A stretch of DNA of 64,000 nucleotides from the human T2T-CHM13v2.0 reference genome, Homo sapiens (GCF_009914755.1 NC_060925.1); one strand, 5' to 3'; shown: positions 26,001-41,800, numbered from the stretch's first letter. Notes: generated from the sequence alone by a model not told the origin. Numbers and translations are program-made.

Positions 26001-27683
26001 TGAATACACACAACACAAGGAAGTTACTGAGAATTCTTCTGTCTAGCAGAATAGGAAGAAATCCCGTTTCCAACGAAGGCCTCAAAGAGGTCTGAATATC
26101 CACTTGCAGACTTTACAAACAGAGTGTTTCCTAACTGCTCTATGAAAAGAAAAGTTAAACTTTGTGAGTTGAACGCACACATCAGAAAGGAGTTTATGAG
26201 AATCATTCTGTCTAGTCTTTATATGAAGATAGTTTCCTTTTCTACCATTGACCTCAAAGCGGCTGAAATCTCCACTTGCAAATTCCACAAAAAGAGTGTT
26301 TCAGGTCTGCTCTGCGTAAAGGATCGTTCAACTCTGTGAGTTGAATACACACAACACAAGGAAGTTACTGAGAATTATTCTGTCTAGCAGAATATGAAGA
26401 AATCCCGTTTCCAACGAAGGCCTCAAGGAGGTCTGAATATCCACTTGCAGAATTTACAAACAGAGTGTTTCCTAACTGCTCTATGAACAGAAAGGTTAAA
26501 CTCTGTGAGTTGAACGAACGCATCACAACGCAGTTTGTGGGAATGATTCTGTCTAGTTTTGAAACGAAGATATTTCCTTTTCTGCCATTGACCTTAAAGC
26601 GCTTGAAATCTACACTTGCAAATTGCACAAATAGAGTGTTTCAAATCTGCTCTAAGGGAACGTTCAACTCTGTGAGTTGAATGCACACAACACAAGGAAG
26701 TTACTGGGAATTCTTCTGTCTAGCCTTACATGAAAAAAACCCGTTTCCAACGAAGGCCTCTAAGTGGTCAAAATATCCACGTGCAGACTTTACAAACAGA
26801 GTGTTTCCAAACCGCTGAATGAAAAGAAAAGTTAAACTCTGAGAGTTGAACGCACACATCACGCAGCAGTTTCTGAGAATGATTCTGTCTAGTTTTTATA
26901 CGAAGATATTTCCTTTTCTGCCTTTGGCCCCAAAGCGCTTGAAATCTCCAATTGCAAATTCCACAAAAACAGTGTTTCAAATCTGCTCTCTCTAAATGAA
27001 AGTTCAACTCTGTCAGTTGAATACACACAACACAAGGAAGTTACTGAGAATTCTTCTGTCTAGCATAATATGAAGAAATCCCGTTTCCAACGAAGGCCTC
27101 AAAGGGGACTGAATATCCACTTGCAGACTTTATAAACAGAGTGTTTACTAACTGCTCTATGAAAAGAAAGGTTAAACTCTGTGAGTTGAACACACACATC
27201 ACTAAGGACTTTCTGAGAATCATTCTGTCTAGTTTTTCTACGAAGATATTTCCTTTTCTACTATTGACCTCAAAGCGGCTGAAATCTCCACTTGCAAATT
27301 CCACAAAAAGAGTGTTTCAAGTCTGCTCTGTGTAAAGGATCGTTCAACTCTGTGAGTTGAATACACACAACACAAGGAAGTTACTGAGAATTCTTCTGTC
27401 TAGCAGAATATGAAGAAATCCCGTTTCCAACGAAGGCCTCAAAGAGGTCTGAATATCCACTTGCAGACTTTACAAACAGAGTGTTTCCTAACTGCTCTAT
27501 GAACAGAAAGGTTAAACTCTGTGAGTTGAACGCACACATCACAAAGGAGTTTCTGAGAATCGTTCTGTCTAGTTTCTATAGGAAGATATTTCCTATTCTA
27601 CCATTGACCTCAAAGCGGCTGAAATCTCCACTTGCAAATTCCACAAAAAGAGTGTTTCAAGTCTGCTCTGTGTAAAGGATCGT

Positions 27684-30600
27684 TCAACTCTGTGAGTTGA
27701 ATACACATAACACAAGGAAGTTACTGAGAATTCTTCTGTCTAGCAGAATATGAAGAAATCCCGTTTCCAACGAAGGCCACAAGATGTCTGAATATCCACT
27801 TACAGACTTTACAAACAGAGTGTTTCCTAACTGCTCTATGAACAGAAAGGTTAAACTCTGTGAGTTGTACGAACACATCACAACGCAGTTTGTGGGAATG
27901 ATTCTGTCTAGTTTTGAAACGAAGATATTTCCTTTTCTGCCGTTGACCTTAAAGAGCTTGAAAACTACACTTGCAAATTGCACAAATAGAGTGTTTCAAA
28001 TCTGCTCTGTCTAAGGGAACGTTCAACTCTGTGAGTTGAATGCACACAACACAAGGAAGTTACTGGGAATTCTTCTGTCTAGCCTTACATGAAAAAAACC
28101 CGTTTCCAACGAAGGCCTCTAAGTGGTCAAAATTTCCACGTGCAGACTTTACAAACAGAGTGTTTCCAAACCGCTGAATGAAAAGAAAAGTTAAACTCTG
28201 AGAGTTGAACGCACACGTCACGCAGCAGTTTCTGAGAATGATTCTGTCTAGTTTTTATACGAAGATATTTCCTTTTCTGCCTTTGGCCCCAAAGCGCTTG
28301 AAATCTCCACTTGCAAATTCCACAAAAACAGTGTTTCAAATCTGCTCTCTCTAAATGAAAGTTCAACTCTGTGAGTTGAATACACACAACACAAGGAAGT
28401 TACTGAGAATTCTTCTGTCTAGCATAATATGAAGAAATCCCGTTTCCAACGAAGGCCTCAAAGGGGTCTGAATATCCACTTGCAGACTTTATAAACAGAG
28501 TGTTTACTAACTGCTCTATGAAAAGAAAGGTTAAACTCTGTGAGTTGAACACACACATCACAAAGGAGTTTCTGAGAATCATTCTGTCTAGTTTTTCTAC
28601 GAAGATATTTCCTTTTCTACTATTGACCTAAAAGCGGCTGAAATCTCCACTTGCAAATTCTACAAATAGAGTGTTTCAAGTCTGCTCTGTGTAAAGGATC
28701 GTTCAACTCTGTGAGTTGAATACACACAACACAAGGAAGTTACTGAGAATTCTTCTGTCTAGCAGAATAGGAAGAAATCCCGTTTCCAACGAAGGCCTCA
28801 AAGAGGTCTGAATATCCACTTGCAGACTTTACAAACAGAGTGTTTCCTAACTGCTCTATGAAAAGAAAGGTTAAACTCTGTGAGTTGAACGCACACATCA
28901 CAAAGGAGTTTCTGAGAATCGTTCTGTCTAGTTTCTATAGGAAGATATTTCCTATTCTACCATTGACCTCAAAGCGGCTGAAATCTCCACTTGCAAATTC
29001 CACAAAAAGAATGTTTCAAGTCTGCTCTGTGTAAAGGATCGTTCAACTCTGTGAGTTGAATACACACAACACAAGGAAGTTACTGAGAATTCTTCTGTCT
29101 AGCATAATATGAAGAAATCCCGTTTCCAACGAAGGCCTCAAAGAGGTCTGAATATCCACTTGCAGACTTTACAAACAGAGTGTTTCCTAACTGCTCTATG
29201 AAAAGAAAAGTTAAACTCTGTGAGTTGAACGCACACATCACAAAGGAGTTTCTGAGAATCATTCTGTCTAGTCTTTATACGAAGATATTTCCTTTTCTAC
29301 CATTGACCTCAAAGCGGCTGAAATCTCCACTTGCAAATTCCACAAAAAGAGTGTTTCAAGTCTGCTCTGTGTAAAGGATCGTTCAACTCTGTGAGTTGAA
29401 TACACACAACACAAGGAAGTTACTGAGAATTCTTCTGTCTAGCAGAATATGAAGAAATCCCGTTTCCAACGAAGGCCTCAAGGAGGTCTGAATATCCACT
29501 TGCAGACTTTACAAACAGAGTGTTTCCTAACTGCTCTATGAACAGAAAGGTTAAACTCTGTGAGTTGAACGAACACATCACAACGCAGTTTGTGGGAATG
29601 ATTCTGTCTAGTTTTGAAACGAAGATATTTCCTTTTCTGCTGTTGACCTTAAAGCGCTTGAAATCTACACTTGCAAATTGCACAAATAGAGTGTTTCAAA
29701 TCTGCTCTGTCTAAGGGAACGTTCAACTCTGTGTGTTGAATGCACACAACACAAGGAAGTTACTGGGAATTCTTCTGTCTAGCCTTACATGAAAAAAACC
29801 CGTTTCCAACGAAGGCCTCTAAGTGGTCAAAATATCCACGTGCAGACTTTACAAACAGAGTGTTTCCAAACCGCTGAATGAAAAGAAAAGTTAAACTCTG
29901 AGAGTTGAACGCACACATCACGCAGCAGTTTCTGAGAATGATTCTGTCTAGTTTTTATACGAAGATATTTCCTTTTCTGCCTTTGGCCCCAAAGCGCTTG
30001 AAATCTCCACTTGCAAATTCCACAAAAACAGTGTTTCAAATCTGCTCTCTCTAAATGAAAGTTCAACTCTGTCAGTTGAATACACACAACACAAGGAAGT
30101 TACTGAGAATTCTTCTGTCTAGCATAATATGAAGAAATCCCGTTTCCAACGAAGGCCTCAAAGGGGTCTGAATATCCACTTGCAGACTTTATAAACAGAG
30201 TATTTACTAACTGCTCTATGAAAAGAAAGGTTAAACTCTGTGAGTTGAACACACACATCACAAAGGAGTTTCTGAGAATCGTTCTGTCTAGTTTCTATAG
30301 GAAGATATTTCCTATTCTACCATTGACCTCAAAGCGGCTGAAATCTCCACTTGCAAATTCCACAAAAAGAGTGTTTCAAGTCTGCTCTGTGTAAAGGATC
30401 GTTCAACTCTGTGAGTTGAATACACATAACACAAGGAAGTTACTGAGAATTCTTCTGTCTAGCAGAATATGAAGAAATCCCGTTTCCAACGAAGGCCACA
30501 AGATGTCTGAATATCCACTTACAGACTTTACAAACAGAGTGTTTCCTAACTGCTCTATGAACAGAAAGGTTAAACTCTGTGAGTTGTACCAACACATCAC

Positions 30601-33600
30601 AACGCAGTTTGTGGGAATGATTCTGTCTAGTTTTGAAACGAAGATATTTCCTTTTCTGCCGTTGACCTTAAAGAGCTTGAAAACTACACTTGCAAATTGC
30701 ACAAATAGAGTGTTTCAAATCTGCTCTGTCTAAGGGAACGTTCAACTCTGTGAGTTGAATGCACACAACACAAGGAAGTTACTGGGAATTCTTCTGTCTA
30801 GCCTTACATGAAAAAAACCCGTTTCCAACGAAGGCCTCTAAGTGGTCAAAATTTCCACGTGCAGACTTTACAAACAGAGTGTTTCCAAACCGCTGAATGA
30901 AAAGAAAAGTTAAACTCTGAGAGTTGAACGCACACATCACGCAGCAGTTTCTGAGAATGATTCTGTCTAGTTTTTATACGAAGATATTTCCTTTTCTGCC
31001 TTTGGCCCCAAAGCGCTTGAAATCTCCACTTGCAAATTCCACAAAAACAGTGTTTCAAATCTGCTCTCTCTAAATGAAAGTTCAACTCTGTCAGTTGAAT
31101 ACACACAACACAAGGAAGTTACTGAGAATTCTTCTGTCTAGCATAATATGAAGAAATCCCGTTTCCAACGAAGGCCTCAAAGGGGTCTGAATATCCACTT
31201 GCAGACTTTATAAACAGAGTGTTTACTAACTGCTCTATGAAAAGAAAGGTTAAACTCTGTGAGTTGAACACACACATCACAAAGGAGTTTCTGAGAATCA
31301 TTCTGTCTAGTTTTTCTACGAAGATATTTCCTTTTCTACTATTGACCTCAAAGCGGCTGAAATCTCCACTTGCAAATTCTACAAATAGAGTGTTTCAAGT
31401 CTGCTCTGTGTAAAGGATCGTTCAACTCTGTGAGTTGAATACACACAACACAAGGAAGTTACTGAGAATTCTTCTGTCTAGCAGAATAGGAAGAAATCCC
31501 GTTTCCAATGAAGGCCTCAAAGAGGTCTGAATATCCACTTGCAGACTTTACAAACAGAGTGTTTCCTAACTGCTCTATGAAAAGAAAGGTTAAACTCTGT
31601 GAGTTGAACGCACACATCACAAAGGAGTTTCTGAGAATCGTTCTGTCTAGTTTCTATAGGAAGATATTTCCTATTCTACCATTGACCTCAAAGCGGCTGA
31701 AATCTCCACTTGCAAATTCCACAAAAAGAATGTTTCAAGTCTGCTCTGTGTAAAGGATCGTTCAACTCTGTGAGTTGAATACACACAACACAAGGAAGTT
31801 ACTGAGAATTCTTCTGTCTAGCATAATATGAAGAAATCCCGTTTCCAACGAAGGCCTCAAAGAGGTCTGAATATCCACTTGCAGACTTTACAAACAGAGT
31901 GTTTCCTAACTGCTCTATGAAAAGAAAAGTTAAACTCTGTGAGTTGAACGCACACATCACAAAGGAGTTTCTGAGAATCATTCTGTCTAGTCTTTATACG
32001 AAGATATTTCCTTTTCTACCATTGACCTCAAAGCGGCTGAAATCTCCACTTGCAAATTCCACAAAAAGAGTGTTTCAAGTCTGCTCTGTGTAAAGGATCG
32101 TTCAACTCTGTGAGTTGAATACACACAACACAAGGAAGTTACTGAGAATTCTTCTGTCTAGCAGAATATGAAGAAATCCCGTTTCCAACGAAGGCCTCAA
32201 GGAGGTCTGAATATCCACTTGCAGACTTTACAAACAGAGTGTTTCCTAACTGCTCTATGAACAGAAAGGTTAAACTCTGTGAGTTGAACGAACACATCAC
32301 AACGCAGTTTGTGGGAATGATTCTGTCTAGTTTTGAAACGAAGATATTTCCTTTTCTGCCGTTGACCTTAAAGAGCTTGAAAACTACACTTGCAAATTGC
32401 ACAAATAGAGTGTTTCAAATCTGCTCTGTCTAAGGGAACGTTCAACTCTGTGAGTTGAATGCACACAACACAAGGAAGTTACTGGGAATTCTTCTGTCTA
32501 GCCTTACATGAAAAAAACCCGTTTCCAACGAAGGCCTCTAAGTGGTCAAAATTTCTACGTGCAGACTTTACAAACAGAGTGTTTCCAAACCGCTGAATGA
32601 AAAGAAAAGTTAAACTCTGAGAGTTGAACGCACACATCACGCAGCAGTTTCTGAGAATGATTCTGTCTAGTTTTTATACGAAGATATTTCCTTTTCTGCC
32701 TTTGGCCCCAAAGCGCTGGAAATCTCCACTTGCAAATTCCACAAAAACAGTGTTTCAAATCTGCTCTCTCTAAATGAAAGTTCAACTCTGTCAGTTGAAT
32801 ACACACAACACAAGGAAGTTACTGAGAATTCTTCTGTCTAGCATAATATGAAGAAATCCCGTTTCCAACGAAGGCCTCAAAGGGGTCTGAATATCCACTT
32901 GCAGACTTTACAAACAGAGTGTTTCCTAACTGCTCTATGAACAGAAAGGTTAAACTCTGTGAGTTGAACGCACACATCACAAAGGAGTTTCTGAGAATCG
33001 TTCTGTCTAGTTTCTATAGGAAGATATTTCCTATTCTACCATTGACCTCAAAGCGGCGGAAATCTCCACTTGCAAATTCCACAAAAAGAGTGTTTCAAGT
33101 CTGCTCTGTGTAAAGGATCGTTCAACTCTGTGAGTTGAATACACATAACACAAGGAAGTTACTGAGAATTCTTCTGTCTAGCAGAATATGAAGAAATCCC
33201 GTTTCCAACGAAGGCCACAAGATGTCTGAATATCCACTTACAGACTTTACAAACAGAGTGTTTCCTAACTGCTCTATGAACAGAAAGGTTAAACTCTGTG
33301 AGTTGTACGAACACATCACAACGCAGTTTGTGGGAATGATTCTGTCTAGTTTTGAAACGAAGATATTTCCTTTTCTGCCGTTGACCTTAAAGAGCTTGAA
33401 AACTACACTTGCAAATTGCACAAATAGAGTGTTTCAAATCTGCTCTGTCTAAGGGAACGTTCAACTCTGTGAGTTGAATGCACACAACACAAGGAAGTTA
33501 CTGGGAATTCTTCTGTCTAGCCTTACATGAAAAAAACCCGTTTCCAACGAAGGCCTCTAAGTGGTCAAAATTTCCACGTGCAGACTTTACAAACAGAGTG

Positions 33601-35840
33601 TTTCCAAACCGCTGAATGAAAAGAAAAGTTAAACTCTGAGAGTTGAACGCACACATCACGCAGCAGTTTCTGAGAATGATTCTGTCTAGTTTTTATACGA
33701 AGATATTTCCTTTTCTGCCTTTGGCCCCAAAGCGCTTGAAATCTCCACTTGCAAATTCCACAAAAACAGTGTTTCAAATCTGCTCTCTCTAAATGAAAGT
33801 TCAACTCTGTCAGTTGAATACACACAACACAAGGAAGTTACTGAGAATTCTTCTGTCTAGCATAATATGAAGAAATCCCGTTTCCAACGAAGGCCTCAAA
33901 GGGGTCTGAATATCCACTTGCAGACTTTATAAACAGAGTGTTTACTAACTGCTCTATGAAAAGAAAGGTTAAACTCTGTGAGTTGAACACACACATCAAA
34001 AGGAGTTTCTGAGAATCATTCTGTCTAGTTTTTCTACGAAGATATTTCCTTTTCTACTATTGACCTCAAAGCGGCTGAAATCTCCACTTGCAAATTCTAC
34101 AAATAGAGTGTTTCAAGTCTGCTCTGTGTAAAGGGTCGTTCAACTCTGTGAGTTGAATACACACAACACAAGGAAGTTACTGAGAATTCTTCTGTCTAGC
34201 AGAATAGGAAGAAATCCCGTTTCCAACGAAGGCCTCAAAGAGGTCTGAATATCCACTTGCAGACTTTACAAACAGAGTGTTTCCTAACTGCTCTATGAAA
34301 AGAAAGGTTAAACTCTGTGAGTTGAACGCACACATCACAAAGGAGTTTCTGAGAATCGTTCTGTCTAGTTTCTATAGGAAGATATTTCCTATTCTACCAT
34401 TGACCTCAAAGCGGCTGAAATCTCCACTTGCAAATTCCACAAAAAGAATGTTTCAAGTCTGCTCTGTGTAAAGGATCGTTCAACTCTGTGAGTTGAATAC
34501 ACACAACACAAGGAAGTTACTGAGAATTCTTCTGTCTAGCATAATATGAAGAAATCCCGTTTCCAACGAAGGCCTCAAAGAGGTCTGAATATCCACTTGC
34601 AGACTTTACAAACAGAGTGTTTCCTAACTGCTCTATGAAAAGAAAAGTTAAACTCTGTGAGTTGAACGCACACATCACAAAGGAGTTTCTGAGAATCATT
34701 CTGTCTAGTCTTTATACGAAGATATTTCCTTTTCTACCATTGACCTCAAAGCGGCTGAAATCTCCACTTGCAAATTCCACAAAAAGGGTGTTTCAAGTCT
34801 GCTCTGTGTAAAGCATCGTTCAACTCTGTGAGTTGAATACACACAACACAAGGAAGTTACTCAGAATTCTTCTGTCTAGCAGAATATGAAGAAATCCCGT
34901 TTCCAACGAAGGCCTCAAGGAGGTCTGAATATCCACTTGCAGACTTTACAAACAGAGTGTTTCCTAACTGCTCTATGAACAGAAAGGTTAAACTCTGTGA
35001 GTTGAACGAACACATCACAACGCAGTTTGTGGGAATGATTCTGTCTAGTTTTGAAACGAAGATATTTCCTTTTCTGCCGTTGACCATAAAGCGCGTGAAA
35101 TCTACACTTGCAAATTGCACAAATAGAGTGTTTCAAATCTGCTCTGTCTAAGGGAACGTTCAACTCTGTGAGTTGAATGCACACAACACAAGGAAGTTAC
35201 TGGGAATTCTTCTGTCTAGCCTTACATGAAAAAAACCCGTTTCCAACGAAGGCCTCTAAGTGGTCAAAATATCCACGTGCAGACTTTACAAACAGAGTGT
35301 TTCCAAACCGCTGAATGAAAAGAAAAGTTAAACTCTGAGAGTTGAACGCACACATCACGCAGCAGTTTCTGAGAATGATTCTGTCTAGTTTTTATACGAA
35401 GATATTTCCTTTTCTGCCTTTGGCCCCAAAGCGCTTGAAATCTCCACTTGCAAATTCCATAAAAACAGTGTTTCAAATCTGCTCTCTCTAAATGAAAGTT
35501 CAACTCTGTCAGTTGAATACACACAACACAAGGAAGTTACTGAGAATTCTTCTGTCTAGCATAATATGAAGAAATCCCGTTTCCAACGAAGGCCTCAAAG
35601 GGGTCTGAATATACACTTGCAGACTTTATAAACAGAGTATTTACTAACTGCTCTATGAAAAGAAAGGTTAAACTCTGTGAGTTGAACACACACATCACAA
35701 AGGAGTTTCTGAGAATCATTCTGTCTAGTTTTTCTACGAAGATATTTCCTTTTCTACTATTGACCTCAAAGCGGCTGAAATCTCCACTTGCAAATTCCAC
35801 AAAAAGAGTGTTTCAAGTCTGCTCTGTGTAAAGGATCATT
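27684..35840 (-). repeat. Three tandem copies of a ~2719-bp (16-monomer) super-repeat
   Basis: The linked private variants ACACATAAC, GATGTCTGAA and GAGTTGTAC recur at ~27700-27870, ~30420-30590 and ~33140-33310. Confidence 0.8.
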
Positions 35841-38800
35841 CAACTCTGTGAGTTGAATACCCACAACACAAGGAAGTTACTGAGAATTCTTCTGTCTAGC
35901 AGAATAGGAAGAAATCCCGTTTCCAACGAAGGCCTCAAAGAGGTCTGAATATCCACTTGCAGACTTTACAAACAGAGTGTTTCCTAACGGCTCTATGAAA
36001 AGAAAAGTTAAACTCTGTGAGTTGAACGCACACATCACAAAGGAGTTTCTGAGAATCGTTCTGTCTAGTTTCTATAGGAAGATATTTCCTATTCTACCAT
36101 TGACCTCAAAGCGGCTGAAATCTCCACTTGCAAATTCCACAAAAAGAGTGTTTCAAGTCTGCTCTGTGTAAAGGATCGTTCAACTCTGTGAGTTGAATAC
36201 ACACAACACAAGGAAGTTACTGAGAATTCTTCTGTCTAGCAGAATATGAAGAAATCCCATTTCCAACGAAGGCCACAAGATGTCAGAATATCCACTTACA
36301 GACTTTACAAACAGAGTGTTTCCTAACTGCTCTATGAACAGAAAGGTTAAACTCTGTGAGTTGAACGAACACATCACAACGCAGTTTGTGGGAATGATTC
36401 TGTCTAGTTTTGAAACGAAGATATTTCCTTTTCTGCCGTTGACCTTAAAGAGCTTGAAAACTACACTTGCAAATTGCACAAATAGAGTGTTTCAAATCTG
36501 CTCTGTCTAAGGGAACGTTCAACTCTGTGAGTTGAATGCACACAACACAAGGAAGTTACTGGGAATTCTTCTGTCTAGCCTTACATGAAAAAAACCCGTT
36601 TCCAACGAAGGCCTCTAAGTGGTCAAAATTTCTACGTGCAGACTTTACAAACAGAGTGTTTCCAAACCGCTGAATGAAAAGAAAAGTTAAACTCTGAGAG
36701 TTGAACGCACACATCACGCAGCAGTTTCTGAGAATGATTCTGTCTAGTTTTTATACGAAGATATTTCCTTTTCTGCCTTTGGCCCCAAAGCGCTGGAAAT
36801 CTCCACTTGCAAATTCCACAAAAACAGTGTTTCAAATCTGCTCTCTCTAAATGAAAGTTCAACTCTGTCACTTGAATACACACAACACAAGGAAGTTACT
36901 GAGAATTCTTCTGTCTAGCATAATATGAAGAAATCCCGTTTCCAACGAAGGCCTCAAAGGGGTCTGAATATCCACTTGCAGACTTTATAAACAGAGTGTT
37001 TACTAACTGCTCTATGAAAAGAAAGGTTAAACTCTGTGAGTTGAACACACACATCACAAAGGAGTTTCTGAGAATCATTCTGTCTAGTTTTTCTACGAAG
37101 ATATTTCCTTTTCTACTATTGACCTCAAAGCGGCTGAAATCTCCACTTGCAAATTCTACAAATAGTGTGTTTCAAGTCTGCTCTGTGTAAAGGATCGTTC
37201 AACTCTGTGAGTTGAATACACACAACACAAGGAAGTTACTGAGAATTCTTCTGTCTAGCAGAATATGAAGAAATCCCGTTTCCAACGAAGGCCTCAAAGA
37301 GGTCTGAATATCCACTTGCAGACTTTACAAACAGAGTGTTTCCTAACTGCTCTATGAAAAGAAAGGTTAAACTCTGTGAGTTGAACGCACACATCACAAA
37401 GGAGTTTCTGAGAAACGTTCTGTCTAGTTTCTATAGGAAGATATTTCCTATTCTACCATTGACCTCAAAGCGGCTGAAATCTCCCCTTGCAAATTCCACA
37501 AAAAGAATGTTTCAAGTCTGCTCTGTGTAAAGGATCGTTCAACTCTGTGAGTTGAATACACACAACACAAGGAAGTTACTGAGAATTCTTCTGTCTAGCA
37601 TAATATGAAGAAATCCCGTTTCCTACGAAGGCCTCAAAGAGGTCTGAATATCCACTTGCAGACTTTACAAACAGAGTGTTTCCTAACTGCTCTATGAAAA
37701 GAAAAGTTAAACTTTGTGAGTTGAACGCACACATTAGAAAGGAGTTTATGAGAATCATTCTGTCTAGTCTTTATATGAAGATAGTTTCCTTTTCTACCAT
37801 TGACCTCAAAGCGGCTGAAATCTCCACTTGCAAATTCCACAAAAAGAGTGTTTCAAGTCTGCTCTGTGTAAAGGATCGTTCAACTCTGTGAGTTGAATAC
37901 ACACAACACAAGGAAGTTACTGAGAATTCTTCTGTCTAGCAGAATATGAAGAAATCCCGTTTCCAACGAAGGCCTCAAGGAGGTCTGAATATCCACTTGC
38001 AGACTTTACAAACAGAGTGTTTCCTAACTGCTCTATGAACAGAAAGGTTAAACTCCGTGAGTTGAACGAACACATCACAACGCAGTTTGTGGGAATGATT
38101 CTGTCTAGTTTTGAAACGAAGATATTTCCTTTTCTGCCATTGACCTTAAAGCGCTTGAAATCTACACTTGCAAATTGCACAAATAGAGTGTTTCAAATCT
38201 GCTCTAAGGGAACGTTCAACTCTGTGAGTTGAATGCACACAACACAAGGAAGTTACTGGGAATTCTTCTGTCTAGCCTTACATGAAAAAAACCCGTTTCC
38301 AACGAAGGCCTCTAAGTGGTCAAAATATCCACGTGCAGACTTTACAAACAGAGTGTTTCCAAACCGCTGAATGAAAAGAAAAGTTAAACTCTGAGAGTTG
38401 AACGCACACATCACGCAGCAGTTTCTGAGAATGATTCTGTCTAGTTTTTATACGAAGATATTTCCTTTTCTGCCCTTGGCCCCAAAGCGCTTGAAATCTC
38501 CAATTGCAAATTCCACAAAAACAGTGTTTCAAATCTGCTCTCTCTAAATGAAAGTTCAACTCTGTCAGTTGAATACACACAACACAAGGAAGTTACTGAG
38601 AATTCTTCTGTCTAGCATAATATGAAGAAATCCCGTTTCCAACGAAGGCCTCAAAGGGGTCTGAATATCCACTTGCAGACTTTATAAACAGAGTGTTTAC
38701 TAACTGCTCTATGAAAAGAAAGGTTAAACTCTGTGAGTTGAACACACACATCACAAAGGAGTTTCTGAGAATCATTCTGTCTAGTTTTTCTACGAAGATA

Positions 38801-41800
38801 TTTCCTTTTCTACTATTGACCTCAAAGCGGCTGAAATCTCCACTTGCAAATTCTACAAATAGAGTGTTTCAAGTCTGCTCTGTGTAAAGGATCGTTCAAC
38901 TCTGTGAGTTGAATACACACAACACAAGGAAGTTACTGAGAATTCTTCTGTCTAGCAGAATAGGAAGAAATCCCGTTTCCAACGAAGGCCTCAAAGAGGT
39001 CTGAATATCCACTTGCAGACTTTACAAACAGAATGTTTCCTAACTGCTCTATGAAAAGAAAGGTTAAACTCTGTGAGTTGAACGCACACATCACAAAGGA
39101 GTTTCTGAGAATCGTTCTGTCTAGTTTCTATAGGAAGATATTTCCTATTCTACCATTGACCTCAAAGCGGCTGAAATCTCCACTTGCAAATTCCACAAAA
39201 AGAATGTTTCAAGTCTGCTCTGTGTAAAGGATCGTTCAACTCTGTGAGTTGAATACACACAACACAAGGAAGTTACTGAGAATTCTTCTGTCTAGCATAA
39301 TATGAAGAAATCCCGTTTCCAACGAAGGCCTCAAAGAGGTCTGAATATCCACTTGCAGACTTTACAAACAGAGTGTTTCCTAACGGCTCTATGAAAAGAA
39401 AAGTTAAACTCTGTGAGATGAACGCACACATCACAAAGGAGTTTCTGAGAATCATTCTCTCTAGTCTTTATACGAAGATATTTCCTTTTCTACCATTGAC
39501 CTCAAAGCGGCTGAAATCTCCACTTGCAAATTCCACAAAAAGAGTGTTTCAAGTCTGCTCTGTGTAAAGGATCGTTCAACTCTGTGAGTTGAATACACAC
39601 AACACAAGGAAGTTACTGAGAATTCTTCTGTCTAGCAGAATAGGAAGAAATCCCGTTTCCAACGAAGGCCTCAAAGAGGTCTGAATATCCACTTGCAGAC
39701 TTTACAAACAGAGTGTTTCCTAACGGCTCTATGAAAAGAAAAGTTAAACTCTGTGAGTTGAACGCACACATCACAAAGGAGTTTCTGAGAATCGTTCTGT
39801 CTAGTTTCTATAGGAAGATATTTCCTATTCTACCATTGACCTCAAAGCGGCTGAAATCTCCACTTGCAAATTCCACAAAAAGAATGTTTCAAGTCTGCTC
39901 TGTGTAAAGGATCGTTCAACTCTGTGAGTTGAATACACACAACACAAGGAAGTTACTGAGAATTCTTCTGTCTAGCATAATATGAAGAAATCCCGTTTCC
40001 AACGAAGGCCTCAAAGAGGTCTGAATATCCACTTGCAGACTTTACAAACAGAGTGTTTCCTAACTGCTCTATGAAAAGAAAAGTTAAACTTTGTGAGTTG
40101 AACGCACACATTAGAAAGGAGTTTATGAGAATCATTCTGTCTAGTCTTTATATGAAGATAGTTTCCTTTTCTACCATTGACCTCAAAGCGGCTGAAATCT
40201 CCACTTGCAAATTCCACAAAAAGAGTGTTTCAAGTCTGCTCTGTGTAAAGGATCGTTCAACTCTGTGAGTTGAATACACACAACACAAGGAAGTTACTGA
40301 GAATTATTCTGTCTAGCAGAATATGAAGAAATCCCGTTTCCAACGAAGGCCTCAAGGAGGTCTGAATATCCACTTGCAGACTTTACAAACAGAGTGTTTC
40401 CTAACTGCTCTATGAACAGAAAGGTTAAACTCTGTGAGTTGAACGAACACATCACAACGCAGTTTGTGGGAATGATTCTGTCTAGTTTTGAAACGAAGAT
40501 ATTTCCTTTTCTGCCATTGACCTTAAAGCGCTTGAAATCTACACTTGCAAATTGCACAAATAGAGTGTTTCAAATCTGCTCTAAGGGAACGTTCAACTCT
40601 GTGAGTTGAATGCACACAACACAAGGAAGTTACTGGGAATTCTTCTGTCTAGCCTTACATGAAAAAATCCCGTTTCCAACGAAGGCCTCTAAGTGGTCAA
40701 AATATCCACGTGCAGACTTTACAAACAGAGTGTTTCCAAACCGCTGAATGAAAAGAAAAGTTAAACTCTGAGAGTTGAACGCACACATCACGCAGCAGTT
40801 TCTGAGAATGATTCTGTCTAGTTTTTATACGAAGATATTTCCTTTTCTGCCTTTGGCCCCAAAGCGCTTGAAATCTCCAATTGCAAATTCCACAAAAACA
40901 GTGTTTCAAATCTGCTCTCTCTAAATGAAAGTTCAACTCTGTCAGTTGAATACACACAACACAAGGAAGTTACTGAGAATTCTTCTGTCTAGCATAATAT
41001 GAAGAAATCCCGTTTCCAACGAAGGCCTCAAAGGGGACTGAATATCCACTTGCAGACTTTATAAACAGAGTGTTTACTAACTGCTCTATGAAAAGAAAGG
41101 TTAAACTCTGTGAGTTGAACGCACACATCACTAAGGACTTTCTGAGAATCATTCTGTCTAGTTTTTCTACGAAGATATTTCCTTTTCTACTATTGACCTC
41201 AAAGCGGCTGAAATCTCCACTTGCAAATTCCACAAAAAGAGTGTTTCAAGTCTGCTCTGTGTAAAGGATCGTTCAACTCTGTGAGTTGAATACACACAAC
41301 ACAAGGAAGTTACTGAGAATTCTGCTGTCTAGCAGAATAGGAAGAAATCCCGTTTCCAACGAAGGCCTCAAAGAGGTCTGAATATCCACTTGCAGACTTT
41401 ACAAACAGAGTGTTTCCTAACTGCTCTATGAACAGAAAGGTTAAACTCTGTGAGTTGAACGCACACATCACAAAGGAGTTTCTGAGAATCGTTCTGTCTA
41501 GTTTCTATAGGAAGATATTTCCTATTCTACCATTGACCTCAAAGCGGCTGAAATCTCCACTTGCAAATTCCACAAAAAGAGTGTTTCAAGTCTGCTCTGT
41601 GTAAAGGATCGTTCAACTCTGTGAGTTGAATACACATAACACAAGGAAGTTACTGAGAATTCTTCTGTCTAGCAGAATATGAAGAAATCCCGTTTCCAAC
41701 GAAGGCCACAAGATGTCAGAATATCCACTTACAGACTTTACAAACAGAGTGTTTCCTAACTGCTCTATGAACAGAAAGGTTAAACTCTGTGAGTTGTACG

